DNA of 64,000 bases from positions 280 to 64,279 of the forward strand of contig JAJOKP010000012.1 of the NCBI GenBank assembly GCA_021129775.1, given 5' to 3'. Below, piece by piece: positions 45,722-56,912 of this stretch. Position numbers and translations under genes: made by a program. How positions within the stretch are numbered: the stretch's first letter is position 1; every line of letters begins with the position of its first letter. The notes under the pieces were generated by a model, which had not been told where the DNA came from, ran no database searches, and saw nothing but the letters and a program-made list of their open reading frames with translations. The DNA is from Clostridiales bacterium (GTDB taxonomy: Bacteria; Bacillota; Clostridia; Peptostreptococcales; NVVX01).

Positions 45722-46339
45722 TTACAAGGACACTCCTAAACTCTTCATTAAAGTTTTAAATGAATCAAAATCAGGAATTAGCAGAAAATTAGCATTAACC
45801 TGCTTATCACCTTCACACAACTCTGTATTTATTAATAAAATTTTATCGCTAATTTGCGAGAAATAAATTGCTGGAACACTTAAAATAGCCCCTGCCATAT
45901 CGATACATAAGGAAGGCACAGAAATCTTTATGTTTAAATGCGTTAGTGAAGATAAAGAAGAAATATATGCGCCAGATAGTATATTGCCCACCTCTTGCAA
46001 AGCTGATTTATCCATTTCGTCAAGTTCCTGTGTAGAATCTTCCCTACCCATTAATATGTTCGTTAAATTTTTTGACGATTCGATATCTAATAAGAACATA
46101 ATAAACCCATTAAGATCACCATCCATTTGAAAATAAATACCAGCCACAATGTTTTCTTCGCCGCCTAGTGATGCCGCAACTTCATTTAGCTCCAAGATTC
46201 TTACTAAAGGTAGAGTCATATCTATTTTTCTATTCATTAGTTTTGATAACGAGGTTGCAGCATTACCAGCACCAATATTACCTATTTCTTTTAATACGTC
46301 AAAATGAATATCTTTAATACTATTCGAATTGTTATCCAA
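45722..46339 (-). CDS. cheC: CheY-P phosphatase CheC
   Basis: 205 aa; duplicated D/S-x3-E-x2-N motifs (LKEIGNIGAGNAATSLS, LQEVGNILSGAYISSLS). Confidence 0.9.
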   Translation of the reverse strand: MDNNSNSIKDIHFDVLKEIGNIGAGNAATSLSKLMNRKIDMTLPLVRILELNEVAASLGGEENIVAGIYFQMDGDLNGFIMFLLDIESSKNLTNILMGREDSTQELDEMDKSALQEVGNILSGAYISSLSSLTHLNIKISVPSLCIDMAGAILSVPAIYFSQISDKILLINTELCEGDKQVNANFLLIPDFDSFKTLMKSLGVSL

Positions 46340-46353
46340 TGTTCTACACCACC

Positions 46354-46794
46354 TTAGTTTTCTTTATGACAAGTATTAACCAATTTGTGTGTATCAATTA
46401 TAATAATCATCCTGTCATCAAATTTCCCAATTCCTTTAATAAAATCATCTTCAAATGAGTTAGTAAACTTAGCAGCAGAATCTATATCTTCATCGTCAAT
46501 AGTTAACACTTCTGAGGAACTATCAACATTTAGTCCTATCACAATATCATCTATCTCTAAAACAATAGTCCTCGCATCTTCATCCTCTTCTTTTTTTTCA
46601 AAACCAAACCTCAGTCTTAAGTCTATAACTGGAACTACTTCGCCTCTTAAATTCATTACACCTTTGACGTAATTATCAGCATTAGGAACTCTAGTAATAT
46701 CAGTTGTTTTTTCTAACGTCTTGACATAAGAAATAGGTATACCATAATATTCTTCTTTCAACTTGAAAACAACATATTTATTGGTTTTCTTCAT
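46354..46794 (-). CDS. cheW: chemotaxis coupling protein CheW
   Basis: 146 aa; VVFKLKEEYYGIPISYV..GVMNLRGEVVPVIDLR. Confidence 0.93.
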   Translation of the reverse strand: MKKTNKYVVFKLKEEYYGIPISYVKTLEKTTDITRVPNADNYVKGVMNLRGEVVPVIDLRLRFGFEKKEEDEDARTIVLEIDDIVIGLNVDSSSEVLTIDDEDIDSAAKFTNSFEDDFIKGIGKFDDRMIIIIDTHKLVNTCHKEN

Positions 46795-46806
46795 GTATAT
46801 TCCCTC

Positions 46807-48864
46807 CTAAAAAAACGAATTAGTATCTACAATAAGTGCTATTGATCCATTCCCAAGAATTGTAGCCCCTGCAATTGATTTAATATTTGCAAGATACTTA
46901 CCCAAAGACTTAATTACAACTTCTTGCTGCCCTATTAAATCGTCTACGACAATGCCAATGGTTTTATCACCTTTTTTTACAATTACTATTATTTTTTCAT
47001 CCTGATTTTCGTAGTTAGCTAATTCACTTTCTACATTAAATATTCCCGCTAATCTTTTTATAGGCAAAGTTTCGTTTCGATACAAAACTACTTCGTTTCC
47101 TTGAATTTCTCTAATTTTACTCTCATTAATTGAAGTAATTTCTTTAATCGAATTTAGTGGAATCGCATACTTTTCACTACTCGTTTTCACTAATAATGCT
47201 TGAATAATAGCAAGCGTAAGAGGCAGTCTAATAATAAATCTACTCCCTTTTCCTAAAGTAGTATTAACTTCAATGTTTCCCCCCAAAGACTCAATCTTTG
47301 TTCTTACTACATCTAGCCCAACGCCTCTACCTGAAAGATCCGAAACTTCATTTGCAGTGCTAAAGCCTGCATTAAACAGTAATTTAATTACATCTTCGTC
47401 ACCCATTGTCTGACGCTCTTCATTTAAAATTAAACTTCTCTCCACCGCTTTATTTCTTATAGTTTCTAAATTGATACCTGCTCCATCATCTGCTACTTCC
47501 ATAACAACACTATTGCCATCTGAGTAGGCGATTAGCTCTACAGTCGCTTCTTTGGGCTTTCCTAAAGTTACTCTCAAGCTAGGTTGTTCTATTCCGTGGT
47601 CAATGGAATTTCTAATTAAGTGTATTAATGGCTCTCCAATTTCATCAATAACTGTTCTGTCTAGTTCGGTCTCCTGCCCTTGCATTTTTAAAGTAATTTC
47701 TTTTCCAAGTTCCTTGGCTAAATCGCGAACCATTCTTGGAAATCTATTGAATACCCTCTCTACAGGTACCATTCTAACTTTCATCACTGAATCATGTAGG
47801 CTTGTAGTTATCCTCTCTAGATACTCAGTAGCTTCATGGATATTAGGATTTGTTCCGTCACTATCAATATCTTCTAGTCTTGTTTTTATAATAATTAACT
47901 CACTAACAAGATTCATTAAATTGTCTAAACGCTCAATATCAACTCTTACTGTTTTCCCAATTTTCGGCTTACTTATTTTTTTCTCTGCATCAACTTTATT
48001 CCTCTGATTTTGCACTGTGTTTACATCAATATTTACATCGTCAGTAAATTTTGTATCTCCATCAAAATCAAGCGAGTTATCATCTACTTTGTCTATTTGC
48101 AAAACGTTGTTTTTTTTCAAATCAACAATAGAAATACTTTCTATTTCCATAACGTTTTTGAGTTTGTTGCTTATTACTTTTTCGTCAACTTTTGTAATAA
48201 CAATAAGCTGAAATTCTAGGTCAAATTTCTCATCTTCTATATCTTCAATACTTGGATTAGAGTAAATTATTTCTGCTAAGCGTTCAAGTTCATTAATTAC
48301 AATATAAGCTCGTGCTGCCTTGAGCATGCATTTTTTACTAAGTTCTACTCCAATTAAATATGTATTGTATTCCTTCTCCCATGCTTTTTTCACAGCATTT
48401 TCTACATGAATTCCAACTTTAATTCTATCAATGTTTAAGGCGGCAGCAATTTCATTTTTTTCATTGACATTTTCTTCATCATTTTTATGAATTGTTTTCT
48501 TAATAAGCTTAATCAAACCAACTGAATCGTCATCGCCTTCATTTCCTTTTGTTTCAACTTCTAACACATACTTTTCAAGCTTGTCTAAACATTGAAAAAG
48601 CACGTCTATTATTGAAGCGTTAATTTCAATTTCGCCGCTTCTAACAAGTTGTAACGCATTCTCCATTTCATGTGTTAAGTGTGCAGTATGAGTATACCCC
48701 ATAGTACCTGCCATTCCTTTGATCGTATGTGCCACTCTAAAAATTTCATTAATCATGTCAATGTCGCCATGATTGTTTTCTAACTTCAATAAAATTTGAT
48801 TCATGCTTTGCAAATGCTCTTTCGACTCCTCAATAAAAATATCTAAATATTGATTCATATCCAT
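46807..48864 (-). CDS. cheA: chemotaxis histidine kinase CheA
   Basis: 685 aa; HPt (FRVAHTIKGMAG), HATPase (DHGIE..DDGAGI..GRGVGLDVV) and a C-terminal CheW-like domain. Confidence 0.96.
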   Translation of the reverse strand: MDMNQYLDIFIEESKEHLQSMNQILLKLENNHGDIDMINEIFRVAHTIKGMAGTMGYTHTAHLTHEMENALQLVRSGEIEINASIIDVLFQCLDKLEKYVLEVETKGNEGDDDSVGLIKLIKKTIHKNDEENVNEKNEIAAALNIDRIKVGIHVENAVKKAWEKEYNTYLIGVELSKKCMLKAARAYIVINELERLAEIIYSNPSIEDIEDEKFDLEFQLIVITKVDEKVISNKLKNVMEIESISIVDLKKNNVLQIDKVDDNSLDFDGDTKFTDDVNIDVNTVQNQRNKVDAEKKISKPKIGKTVRVDIERLDNLMNLVSELIIIKTRLEDIDSDGTNPNIHEATEYLERITTSLHDSVMKVRMVPVERVFNRFPRMVRDLAKELGKEITLKMQGQETELDRTVIDEIGEPLIHLIRNSIDHGIEQPSLRVTLGKPKEATVELIAYSDGNSVVMEVADDGAGINLETIRNKAVERSLILNEERQTMGDEDVIKLLFNAGFSTANEVSDLSGRGVGLDVVRTKIESLGGNIEVNTTLGKGSRFIIRLPLTLAIIQALLVKTSSEKYAIPLNSIKEITSINESKIREIQGNEVVLYRNETLPIKRLAGIFNVESELANYENQDEKIIVIVKKGDKTIGIVVDDLIGQQEVVIKSLGKYLANIKSIAGATILGNGSIALIVDTNSFF

Positions 48865-48868
48865 AGGA

Positions 48869-49948
48869 TTACACCTCCAACTTATTTAATATAGTCCACG
48901 TAATGTCTGATAGTGGAACAATTTCATCAACTACTCCATTTTCGATAGCGCTCTTAGGCATTCCGAACACAACGCAGCTGCTTTCTTCTTGTGCAATAAC
49001 ATAAGCTTTTCTCTTCTTTTTTAAATCTTTCAACCCGCTTGCTCCATCTGCTCCCATTCCAGTCATTATTGCACCAACTGTGTTTAAGTCGTCGAGTGTG
49101 GAGAGGGATCTAAACATTACATCAACAGATGGGCGATGCCCTGACACTTCTTTATCTTTACTTAATGAAATAACCAACTCCTTTTTGTCGTTGCGTTTAA
49201 CCTTGAGATGATAATCGCCTGGAGCAATATATGCGTAACCTTTTCTTAATATTTCACCATCTTCTGCTTCTTTCACACTAATATTTGCAAAACTATCCAA
49301 TCTATTTGCTAAAGATTTCGTAAACCCTTTAGGCATATGCTGAACAATTAGTAAGGGGGCAGGAAAGCTAGATGGAAATTCAGCTAACAAATACTGCAAC
49401 GCTCGCGGTCCCCCTGTTGAAGTGCCAATAGCAACAACTGTTTCAATATTGTTATTGTAACTCCTTTTATTAGTTGTATTTTTTATTATGGACCTAACAT
49501 GTTTATATGTTCTTTTTTCCACAATAGGGTACACTAGCCTTGCTTTTGAAGCCTCTATTATTTTACCCGTCAATTTTTCTTTTAGTTCTTTGGGATTTAT
49601 CATTAAAGCACTAGAAGGTTTTTGAACAAAATTTACTGCACCTATCTCAAGAGCTTGAATTGTCGCTTCTGCTCCTTCTGACGTATGAGAACTCAGCATT
49701 ACTACTGGCAAAGGTGCTTTTTTCATAATCTCTCTTAAAGCATCAATTCCATTCATAATCGGCATCTCTACATCCATAGTTACTATATCGGGCTTAAGTT
49801 CTAATACCTTTTCAACCCCTTCTTTCCCATTTTTTGCATGCCCTATAACATTAATTTGTGAATTTTCTTCAAATATGTCCGTTAAAATTTTTCTCATAAA
49901 CGCAGAGTCTTCAACAATTAGCAAGCGGATAGCATTGTTTTTATACAC
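48869..49948 (-). CDS. cheB: protein-glutamate methylesterase/deamidase CheB
   Basis: 359 aa; receiver domain (LLIVEDSAF..DVEMP) and methylesterase domain (GTSTGGP..HMP..GMGADG). Confidence 0.95.
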   Translation of the reverse strand: MYKNNAIRLLIVEDSAFMRKILTDIFEENSQINVIGHAKNGKEGVEKVLELKPDIVTMDVEMPIMNGIDALREIMKKAPLPVVMLSSHTSEGAEATIQALEIGAVNFVQKPSSALMINPKELKEKLTGKIIEASKARLVYPIVEKRTYKHVRSIIKNTTNKRSYNNNIETVVAIGTSTGGPRALQYLLAEFPSSFPAPLLIVQHMPKGFTKSLANRLDSFANISVKEAEDGEILRKGYAYIAPGDYHLKVKRNDKKELVISLSKDKEVSGHRPSVDVMFRSLSTLDDLNTVGAIMTGMGADGASGLKDLKKKRKAYVIAQEESSCVVFGMPKSAIENGVVDEIVPLSDITWTILNKLEV

Positions 49949-50599
49949 CTATATCAATCCTCTTTTTCTTAATAGCCTTTGAAACTCAAAGATATATGAA
50001 ACTATATTATTTCTCGTTGAGTCGCTTATATTTTCAAACTCTACACTTAATTCGTACTTAGTCTCGTCAATACTTTTTTTCGTTGTAATAATTTTTCCAA
50101 CTGCGGTAACCATATAGCCTTCTTTTAAAAATAATTTACACTCAATAACTTTGCCTGCTTGAATTTTTTTGTTGCAAATTAGTTTAATTCCACCACCGCT
50201 AATATTTTTCGTGTAACATTTAACCTCTTTATCGCTCTCTAGCTCTTTAACCGTCACATTCTTTAGCATATCTATTCTAAAATATTGTCTTCTCTGTACA
50301 ACTATGGGTTCACTAATCGGCTTTACTCCATAAATAGTGATTTTATTTGTCTTCTTACTAATTACTTCGGCAATCACACTAAAATTTCCTTTATCTTTAT
50401 GACTAAAAATAATTTTTATTTTGGAACCAACATAAAGGTAATACGGTGTTCCAGAAAATATTGGTAGCGAAATAAATAGAAATTCTTCATTTTTGTCTAT
50501 CAGTTGTGAAGTGATAATTCTATTATCATTATAATCATTCAGCGTAGCCTGACTGATTTCGAGTTTTTGACCAATTTTCAAATCTGTGATATTTCTCAT
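49949..50599 (-). CDS. PilZ-domain flagellar brake protein (YcgR/MotI-like)
   Basis: 216 aa; YcgR-N-like region plus PilZ motifs QRRQYFRI and NISGGG. Confidence 0.8.
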   Translation of the reverse strand: MRNITDLKIGQKLEISQATLNDYNDNRIITSQLIDKNEEFLFISLPIFSGTPYYLYVGSKIKIIFSHKDKGNFSVIAEVISKKTNKITIYGVKPISEPIVVQRRQYFRIDMLKNVTVKELESDKEVKCYTKNISGGGIKLICNKKIQAGKVIECKLFLKEGYMVTAVGKIITTKKSIDETKYELSVEFENISDSTRNNIVSYIFEFQRLLRKRGLI

Positions 50600-50613
50600 A
50601 TCTAGTCTCCCAT

Positions 50614-51504
50614 CTAAAACATATTTATGATTTTAGCAAAAAAACTATCACTATCTTGTTTACTCGTTTCATTAGAGTTGTTTGCTAATTTAGATGCAAT
50701 ATATTCTATGTTTTTGCTAGTTGAACTGTTTGGATATTGCAAAATTAACGATTTTTGCAGTTTTATTGTCCTGCCGAATTTTGGATCTTCATGCATAATT
50801 CCTAATTTTTCTATACTACTGCTTAAAAAACGCTCACTAGCATATCTTAATTTATTAAAAGCAACTTTACCCTCACTTGCATTATCAGCACGATTAATTA
50901 CAATCATTATTTTTTTGTCTTTATCTCTTTTTTTTATAGTCTTAATCATGGCATAAGCATCAGTTATAGAAGTGGGTTCTGGAGTCGCAATTACAATTAC
51001 TTCTTGCGATGCTAACACAAAAGATAATACAGAATTTGAAAGTCCAGCTCCAGTATCAATCAGTATAATATCAGCATAGCTGTTTATTCCTTCAATTTTA
51101 CTCATTAAACGTTTTATATCTACTTGGGGTAAATCTACAAGTCTCGAAATACCAGACCCTCCAGATATTATTTTAATCTCGTTTGGACCGTTGGTCAAGA
51201 TGTCCTCAATGTTCATATTTTCATTTAGCAAGTCTAATAGGTTGTACTTGGGAAGTATTCCCAAGATTACATCCACATTTGATAAACCAAGATCTGCATC
51301 GATAATTACTACTCTTAGATTAAAGCTGCTAAGCGCAATTGCTAAATTGACCGTAAAACTAGTTTTGCCAACACCACCTTTTCCACTAGTAACGCAAATA
51401 GTTCTCGCTTGTTTTTTGTTAATACTTTCTTTATTCTTTGTATTAATATCAAAATTTTTCTTAGCATTAATCAATTCTCTTAATTTTGTAGCTTGGTCAT
51501 TCAT
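50614..51504 (-). CDS. flhG: MinD/ParA-family flagellar number regulator FlhG (YlxH)
   Basis: 296 aa; deviant Walker A SGKGGVGKTS; immediately after flhF. Confidence 0.9.
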   Translation of the reverse strand: MNDQATKLRELINAKKNFDINTKNKESINKKQARTICVTSGKGGVGKTSFTVNLAIALSSFNLRVVIIDADLGLSNVDVILGILPKYNLLDLLNENMNIEDILTNGPNEIKIISGGSGISRLVDLPQVDIKRLMSKIEGINSYADIILIDTGAGLSNSVLSFVLASQEVIVIATPEPTSITDAYAMIKTIKKRDKDKKIMIVINRADNASEGKVAFNKLRYASERFLSSSIEKLGIMHEDPKFGRTIKLQKSLILQYPNSSTSKNIEYIASKLANNSNETSKQDSDSFFAKIINMF

Positions 51505-52654
51505 ATTTAATCCCCCTTGTTAGAAGACTAATTATTTTTTCTATTGTGACTATCTCAATATCATCAGGAACAGATTGACCTGCTGTAATGTAAGAAAGTT
51601 GTTTTTGCGTATAAGATGCTATATTAATGATCGATCCATAAGTAGCTGCTTCGTCAATTTTTGTTAGCACGATTTTGTAATTTTCAATAAAATCATAGGC
51701 ATTTATAATTTCTTTATGGTCATTTTTGCTAGATGTACAGCTTAAAGTAAGATAAACCTCTTTTTCGCTAACTTCATCTAATAGCTTCTTTAATTCTGCT
51801 AATTGCCTTGCATTTTTGTGATTTCTTCCAGCAGTATCCACAATAATGACGTCATTTTGCTTCAGGCGCTCCAGAGATTCACCAATTTCAGATGGATTAT
51901 ATATTATTTCTAGAGGAATATTTAGAATGTCAGAATAAGTCTTTAGCTGGTCAACTGCTGCAATTCGGTACGTGTCTGCACTAATTAAACCCACGCTTTT
52001 CCCTCCTTCTAATGAGTACTTTGCAGATAGTTTTGCTATTGTAGTTGTTTTTCCAACACCAGTAGGTCCAACGAAAAAAATAATTTTTGGTGCTGTTTTA
52101 TGATTATCAATACTAACAAAATCTAATAGCAGTCTACCTAGATTTTCGTTAATTATATCACCTTCTTGTTCCGCGTTAACTATTTCCTTGCTAGCTGTAT
52201 CAAATTTACTTAATAGTTTTTCTATTAATTCTTCTTCCACATCTTGATTTAACAAGCTATTATACAAATTAGTAATGCTAGGATTATCTCTGTTTCTAAT
52301 TATGTCAGGTAATGAATCTCTATTTGCTTTTTCAACGACTACTGCAAGCATGCTTTTGAGTTCTTCAATTTGATTAAGTGTAGGCATACCTGTATTTGCT
52401 TTATTAGTTTTGTTTGTCCTACTTTTAACAGAATATGTATCTGCTATTCTTCGTGTTTCGGCAGGAGTATTTTTATTAACAGAAACATCTTCAACTGCAG
52501 CAACAATTTCTATATGTGATTTCTTAAAAAAACCCAAAATACCTTTTGGCTTAACTTTTTTTTGATGTAGAATTATAGCTTCAGAACCTAATTCTGTTCT
52601 TATCTGTGCCATTGCATCATAATTATTAGATGCGGAAAATCTCTTTACTTTCAC
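51497..52654 (-). CDS. flhF: flagellar biosynthesis SRP-type GTPase FlhF
   Basis: 385 aa; GPTGVGKTTT, DTAGR, TKIDE. The GTG start overlaps the flhA stop by 1 nt. Confidence 0.93.
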   Translation of the reverse strand: MKVKRFSASNNYDAMAQIRTELGSEAIILHQKKVKPKGILGFFKKSHIEIVAAVEDVSVNKNTPAETRRIADTYSVKSRTNKTNKANTGMPTLNQIEELKSMLAVVVEKANRDSLPDIIRNRDNPSITNLYNSLLNQDVEEELIEKLLSKFDTASKEIVNAEQEGDIINENLGRLLLDFVSIDNHKTAPKIIFFVGPTGVGKTTTIAKLSAKYSLEGGKSVGLISADTYRIAAVDQLKTYSDILNIPLEIIYNPSEIGESLERLKQNDVIIVDTAGRNHKNARQLAELKKLLDEVSEKEVYLTLSCTSSKNDHKEIINAYDFIENYKIVLTKIDEAATYGSIINIASYTQKQLSYITAGQSVPDDIEIVTIEKIISLLTRGIKYE

Positions 52655-54681
52655 TAAATATTCACCATCCCTATTGATTCAATTTCAACAGATGCATCTA
52701 TTTCGTTATATGAGAGGACAACTAAATCAGGTGTCAATTGTTCACTTAATCGCTTAAAGTATATTCTAACAATTGGTGCCGTAATTACAATAGGCTGTTC
52801 ACCCAAAGATAGCACCTTTTGTACTAATTGTGATAAACTTGCTAAGAAAGCCTGCAGTATCTCAGGATCCATCGAAACATAATTTCCTCTATCAGTTTGT
52901 TGAATTGAATCGATAATTTTTTGTTCTAAATTTTTATCAACTGTGATTACTTTAGCAGGATGACTAGTAATAAATTGTTTTGAAATAGATCTCGCTAATG
53001 CTTGCCTTACATATTCTGTGAGCATATCTGCATCTCTAGTTATACTAGCGTGATCTGCAAGAGCCTCTAATATTGCTGCCATATTCCTTATTGATATCCC
53101 TTCTTTTAGTAAATTCTTAAGTACCTTTTGAATTTCTCCAATTGTCATTTGATTTGGAATCAATTCATCCACTAGAGCAGATTGAGTTTCTTTTACATTG
53201 TCAATTAACTTTTTAACTTCTTGTCTGCTTAATAACTCAAAAGAATGCCTTTTAATAATCTCAGTTAAATGTGTAGCTATAACTGAAGGCGGGTCTACAA
53301 CAGTATATCCTAACACCTCTGCATTTTCTCTTTCTTGCTCATTAATCCATTTAGCAGGTAAGTTAAAAGCAGGTTCGGTTGTATCTATACCTTCAATGTC
53401 ATCATTAGCACCACCTGGATTCATCGCCATATAGTGGTCAAACATAATTTCTCCCCTACCAATTTCAATACCATTAATCTTAATTATATATTGATTCGGT
53501 TCTAGTTGTATATTATCTCTTAGTCTTATAATAGGTACTATAACCCCAAGCTCCAAAGCACATTGTCTTCTAATCATTACTAATCTGTCAAATAAATCTC
53601 CTCCTTGACTTACATCTGCAAGAGGGATTATTCCATACCCAAATTCTAGTTCAATCGGGTCTACATTAAGTAATGGCATGACGTTTTCAGGTTTTCTAAG
53701 CTCTTGTGCTTCTTCATCAATTAAATCGGGTTCATCTTCAGTTTCTGCTTTTTTTAATGAACGTCTCATTACAATACCTATGAAGAAGAAAACTGTTGCT
53801 AATCCCACAAAAGGAATTGTCGGCATTGGTGTTATTGATAAGAAAAATAAGAGTCCGGAAAGCATAAACATTATTTTCGGATTGTTAAACAACTGATCAG
53901 TCAAATCTGTTCCCATATTTTCTTCCGAAGCTGCTCTTGTTACAACAATACCAGCTGCAGTAGAGATTAATAATGCTGGGATTTGACTTGCAAGCCCATC
54001 TCCAACGGTTAAAAGTGTATACTTATGTAGTGATTCAGCAAAACTCAAATCATTTATTGTCATTCCTATTACAAATCCAGCTAGTATGTTTATCATAGTA
54101 ATTATAATCGCAGCAATAGCATCTCCTTTAACAAACTTACTCGCCCCATCCATGGCTCCATAAAAATCAGCTTCTCTTTGTACATTCTTTCTTCTAATTC
54201 TTGCATCATCATCAGTTAATATCCCTGCGTTTAAATCAGCATCAATCGCCATTTGCTTTCCTGGCATTGCATCTAATGTAAATCTTGCTGCTACTTCCGC
54301 AACTCTTTCGGAACCTTTTGTAATAACTAAAAATTGTATAATAACAATAATCAAGAAAACTATAAACCCAACTACAGCATTCCCCTGCATCACAAACTCA
54401 CCAAATGCGGCTACTAAATCACCTGTTTCTCCTTCTCCTAATATGTTTCTTGTAGTTGTAATGTTTAGACCTAGTCTAAACAAAGTCGTTATTAGCAGCA
54501 ATGAAGGAAATATAGAAAACTGCAACGGTTCTTTAACATACATGGCTATTAGAATAATCAATAATGATAAAGAAATACTTAAACTTAGCAGTATATCAAC
54601 AAGTAATAATGGAATTGGTAGAATAATAATAAAAACTATTGAAATAACTGCTAATGCAACGACTATGTCTCCAAATTTCAT
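52654..54681 (-). CDS. flhA: flagellar export apparatus protein FlhA
   Basis: About 675 aa; FHIPEP family (VVGFIVFLIIVIIQFLVITKG..RVAEVAARFTLDAMPGKQMAIDADL). Confidence 0.97.
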   Translation of the reverse strand: MKFGDIVVALAVISIVFIIILPIPLLLVDILLSLSISLSLLIILIAMYVKEPLQFSIFPSLLLITTLFRLGLNITTTRNILGEGETGDLVAAFGEFVMQGNAVVGFIVFLIIVIIQFLVITKGSERVAEVAARFTLDAMPGKQMAIDADLNAGILTDDDARIRRKNVQREADFYGAMDGASKFVKGDAIAAIIITMINILAGFVIGMTINDLSFAESLHKYTLLTVGDGLASQIPALLISTAAGIVVTRAASEENMGTDLTDQLFNNPKIMFMLSGLLFFLSITPMPTIPFVGLATVFFFIGIVMRRSLKKAETEDEPDLIDEEAQELRKPENVMPLLNVDPIELEFGYGIIPLADVSQGGDLFDRLVMIRRQCALELGVIVPIIRLRDNIQLEPNQYIIKINGIEIGRGEIMFDHYMAMNPGGANDDIEGIDTTEPAFNLPAKWINEQERENAEVLGYTVVDPPSVIATHLTEIIKRHSFELLSRQEVKKLIDNVKETQSALVDELIPNQMTIGEIQKVLKNLLKEGISIRNMAAILEALADHASITRDADMLTEYVRQALARSISKQFITSHPAKVITVDKNLEQKIIDSIQQTDRGNYVSMDPEILQAFLASLSQLVQKVLSLGEQPIVITAPIVRIYFKRLSEQLTPDLVVLSYNEIDASVEIESIGMVNI

Positions 54682-54692
54682 ATGACCCATCC

Positions 54693-55778
54693 TTAATTTT
54701 TGTTGTTAGTTTGATAAATATATGCTAGTATTTCAGCAACAGGCTGATATAAATCTTGTGGTATGAAGTCGCCAACTTCGACTATCTCAAACATAGTTCG
54801 TGCTAGTTTCTTATTCTCTACAATAGGGATTTCATGTTCGTTAGCTATTTCCCTAATCTTCTTAGCAACAAAATCCTGCCCTTTGGCTAACATCTTAGGA
54901 GCAATAGCTTTATTTGAGTCATATTGAATAGCAATAGCTATATGAGTAGGATTAGTTATTATAACATCCGCTTTTGGAACATCCTGTATCATCCTCATCA
55001 TTGACATTTGTCGTTGCTTTTCTTTTATCTTTGATTTCAATTGTGGATTACCTTCAGTTTGCTTATACTCTTCCTTTACTTCTTGCTTCGACATTTTTAG
55101 ACCTTTATAGTATTCATATCTTTGATAAACATAATCTAATATTGCGAGTATAATTAAGACAGCACCAGCCCTAATACCAATACTTACTGCAAAGCTTTTT
55201 AGCGTAGATATAATGGACTCTACATCCATGGCAACCGTGTTAGTGATATTTACCATTTGGTTCCTCATATAACTATATACAATATACCCTATTAGAATAA
55301 TCTTAACAAACGATTTAACAAGTTCAACTAACGATTTTAAAGAGAATATTCGCTTAAATCCCTCTATTGGATTTAATCGGCTAAGCTTTATTTCTAAAGT
55401 CTTAGTAGTAAATAAAAACCCGACCTGCATATAGCTAATTATTAAGCCAATTATTAAAGCCATGCTAGCTAAAGGGACAAAAACCATAAACAAGTTATAT
55501 GCGGCAATTTTAGTTAATCTGTTAACGTTGGCAAGATTAAATACAAATTCATTATTCAAGTATTCATTATATATAAAATATGTTCCACTTACTAGCGTGC
55601 TTCCAAAATGAGCTGCTAAGAGACTCAAGACCATAAAAGAAACTAACAGTAGAAAAGCAGAATTTACTTCTTTGCTTTGTAGAACTTGACCTTTTTCTCT
55701 TGATTCTCGCAATTTCTTCTGTGTATGTCTTTCTGTTTTTTCTTGATTAAATAATTGCAAATTGATAATTAGTTCCAC
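54693..55778 (-). CDS. flhB: flagellar export apparatus protein FlhB
   Basis: 361 aa; autocleavage site NPTH (ITNPTHIAIAIQY). Confidence 0.96.
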   Translation of the reverse strand: MELIINLQLFNQEKTERHTQKKLRESREKGQVLQSKEVNSAFLLLVSFMVLSLLAAHFGSTLVSGTYFIYNEYLNNEFVFNLANVNRLTKIAAYNLFMVFVPLASMALIIGLIISYMQVGFLFTTKTLEIKLSRLNPIEGFKRIFSLKSLVELVKSFVKIILIGYIVYSYMRNQMVNITNTVAMDVESIISTLKSFAVSIGIRAGAVLIILAILDYVYQRYEYYKGLKMSKQEVKEEYKQTEGNPQLKSKIKEKQRQMSMMRMIQDVPKADVIITNPTHIAIAIQYDSNKAIAPKMLAKGQDFVAKKIREIANEHEIPIVENKKLARTMFEIVEVGDFIPQDLYQPVAEILAYIYQTNNKN

Positions 55779-55791
55779 ATAATCAACCCTT

Positions 55792-56574
55792 TTAGAGTAG
55801 CCTTATCATCTCATAAATAGAAATAAACATTAGTTCAAAAAGCTTCTCTGAAAAATATCCTAAATGTTGTATAATAATAACCGCCATTACCATGCCCACC
55901 ATTATTTTTAAAGGCAACCCAACAATAAAGACATTCATCTGAGGCATTGTCCTTGCTAAAACGCCTAAAAGTACATTCGTCAAAAAAATTGCTATCAATA
56001 CAGGTGCACTAAACTGCACAGCTAGCATGAAAAACTGAGAAAATATCCTTATTAGATGATCCACCAGTGATGTTCTTAATGTAAATTCAAAACCAATAGG
56101 TAATAATTCATAACTACCAACTAATGCTCTAATGATTAGATGATGCCCATTAAGCACAATGAAAATAAATGAAACTAAATTATTAAAAAAGTTTCCCATT
56201 ACTGGAACTTGAACATTCAAATTTGGATCCATTACACTAACCATTCCAAACCCCATTTGAGTGTCAATTATCGTTCCTGCAAGATATAGTGCAGAAAAAT
56301 AAACAAATGCAACATATCCTATTATTATACCTATCAAAAATTCAGTAATTGAGTATATAAAAATTTGCATCGCATTGTCAAATTCAATATCTACTTCTTG
56401 CCCTAAAACTGGTAACAAAACAAAAGAAATAATTGCTGATAATCCAATTTTAGATAGAGAGGGAATACTTCTGCTTGCAAATATTGGAGCAGTGATAAAT
56501 ATTCCTGAAATTCTGACTAAAATTAAAATGAATAAGCCAAAATCTTGTAATATAATGTTATTTAATAAATCCAT
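55792..56574 (-). CDS. fliR: flagellar export apparatus protein FliR
   Basis: 260 aa polytopic membrane protein between fliQ and flhB. Confidence 0.92.
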   Translation of the reverse strand: MDLLNNIILQDFGLFILILVRISGIFITAPIFASRSIPSLSKIGLSAIISFVLLPVLGQEVDIEFDNAMQIFIYSITEFLIGIIIGYVAFVYFSALYLAGTIIDTQMGFGMVSVMDPNLNVQVPVMGNFFNNLVSFIFIVLNGHHLIIRALVGSYELLPIGFEFTLRTSLVDHLIRIFSQFFMLAVQFSAPVLIAIFLTNVLLGVLARTMPQMNVFIVGLPLKIMVGMVMAVIIIQHLGYFSEKLFELMFISIYEMIRLL

Positions 56575-56632
56575 AGCACCACTCTTAGTTTTTAATTTAA
56601 ATACTCTATTTGTTAAAATTTTGTTGTTTCTT

Positions 56633-56902
56633 TTACTGCACGAAATTATTTATGTTAATAAATAAATCTGTTGTAAAATCTATTATAACAGATAACATCC
56701 ATGGTCCAAACAAGACTATTGCTACTAAGATAGCCACTATTTTAGGTATAAATGCCAAAGTAGCTTCTTGAATCTGCGTAGTTGCCTGAAAAATACTAAC
56801 GGCTAATCCTACCATAAGACCAATGCCTAGTATTGGAGCTGAAAGGAGCAATATTGTAAACATAGCCTGTTGCCCTAATTCAATTACTATTGCTTCATCC
56901 AT
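56633..56902 (-). CDS. fliQ: flagellar export apparatus protein FliQ
   Basis: 89 aa; two TM helices; ..LLLSAPILGIGLMVGLAVSIFQATTQIQE. Confidence 0.93.
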   Translation of the reverse strand: MDEAIVIELGQQAMFTILLLSAPILGIGLMVGLAVSIFQATTQIQEATLAFIPKIVAILVAIVLFGPWMLSVIIDFTTDLFININNFVQ

Positions 56903-56912
56903 TTTATCACCT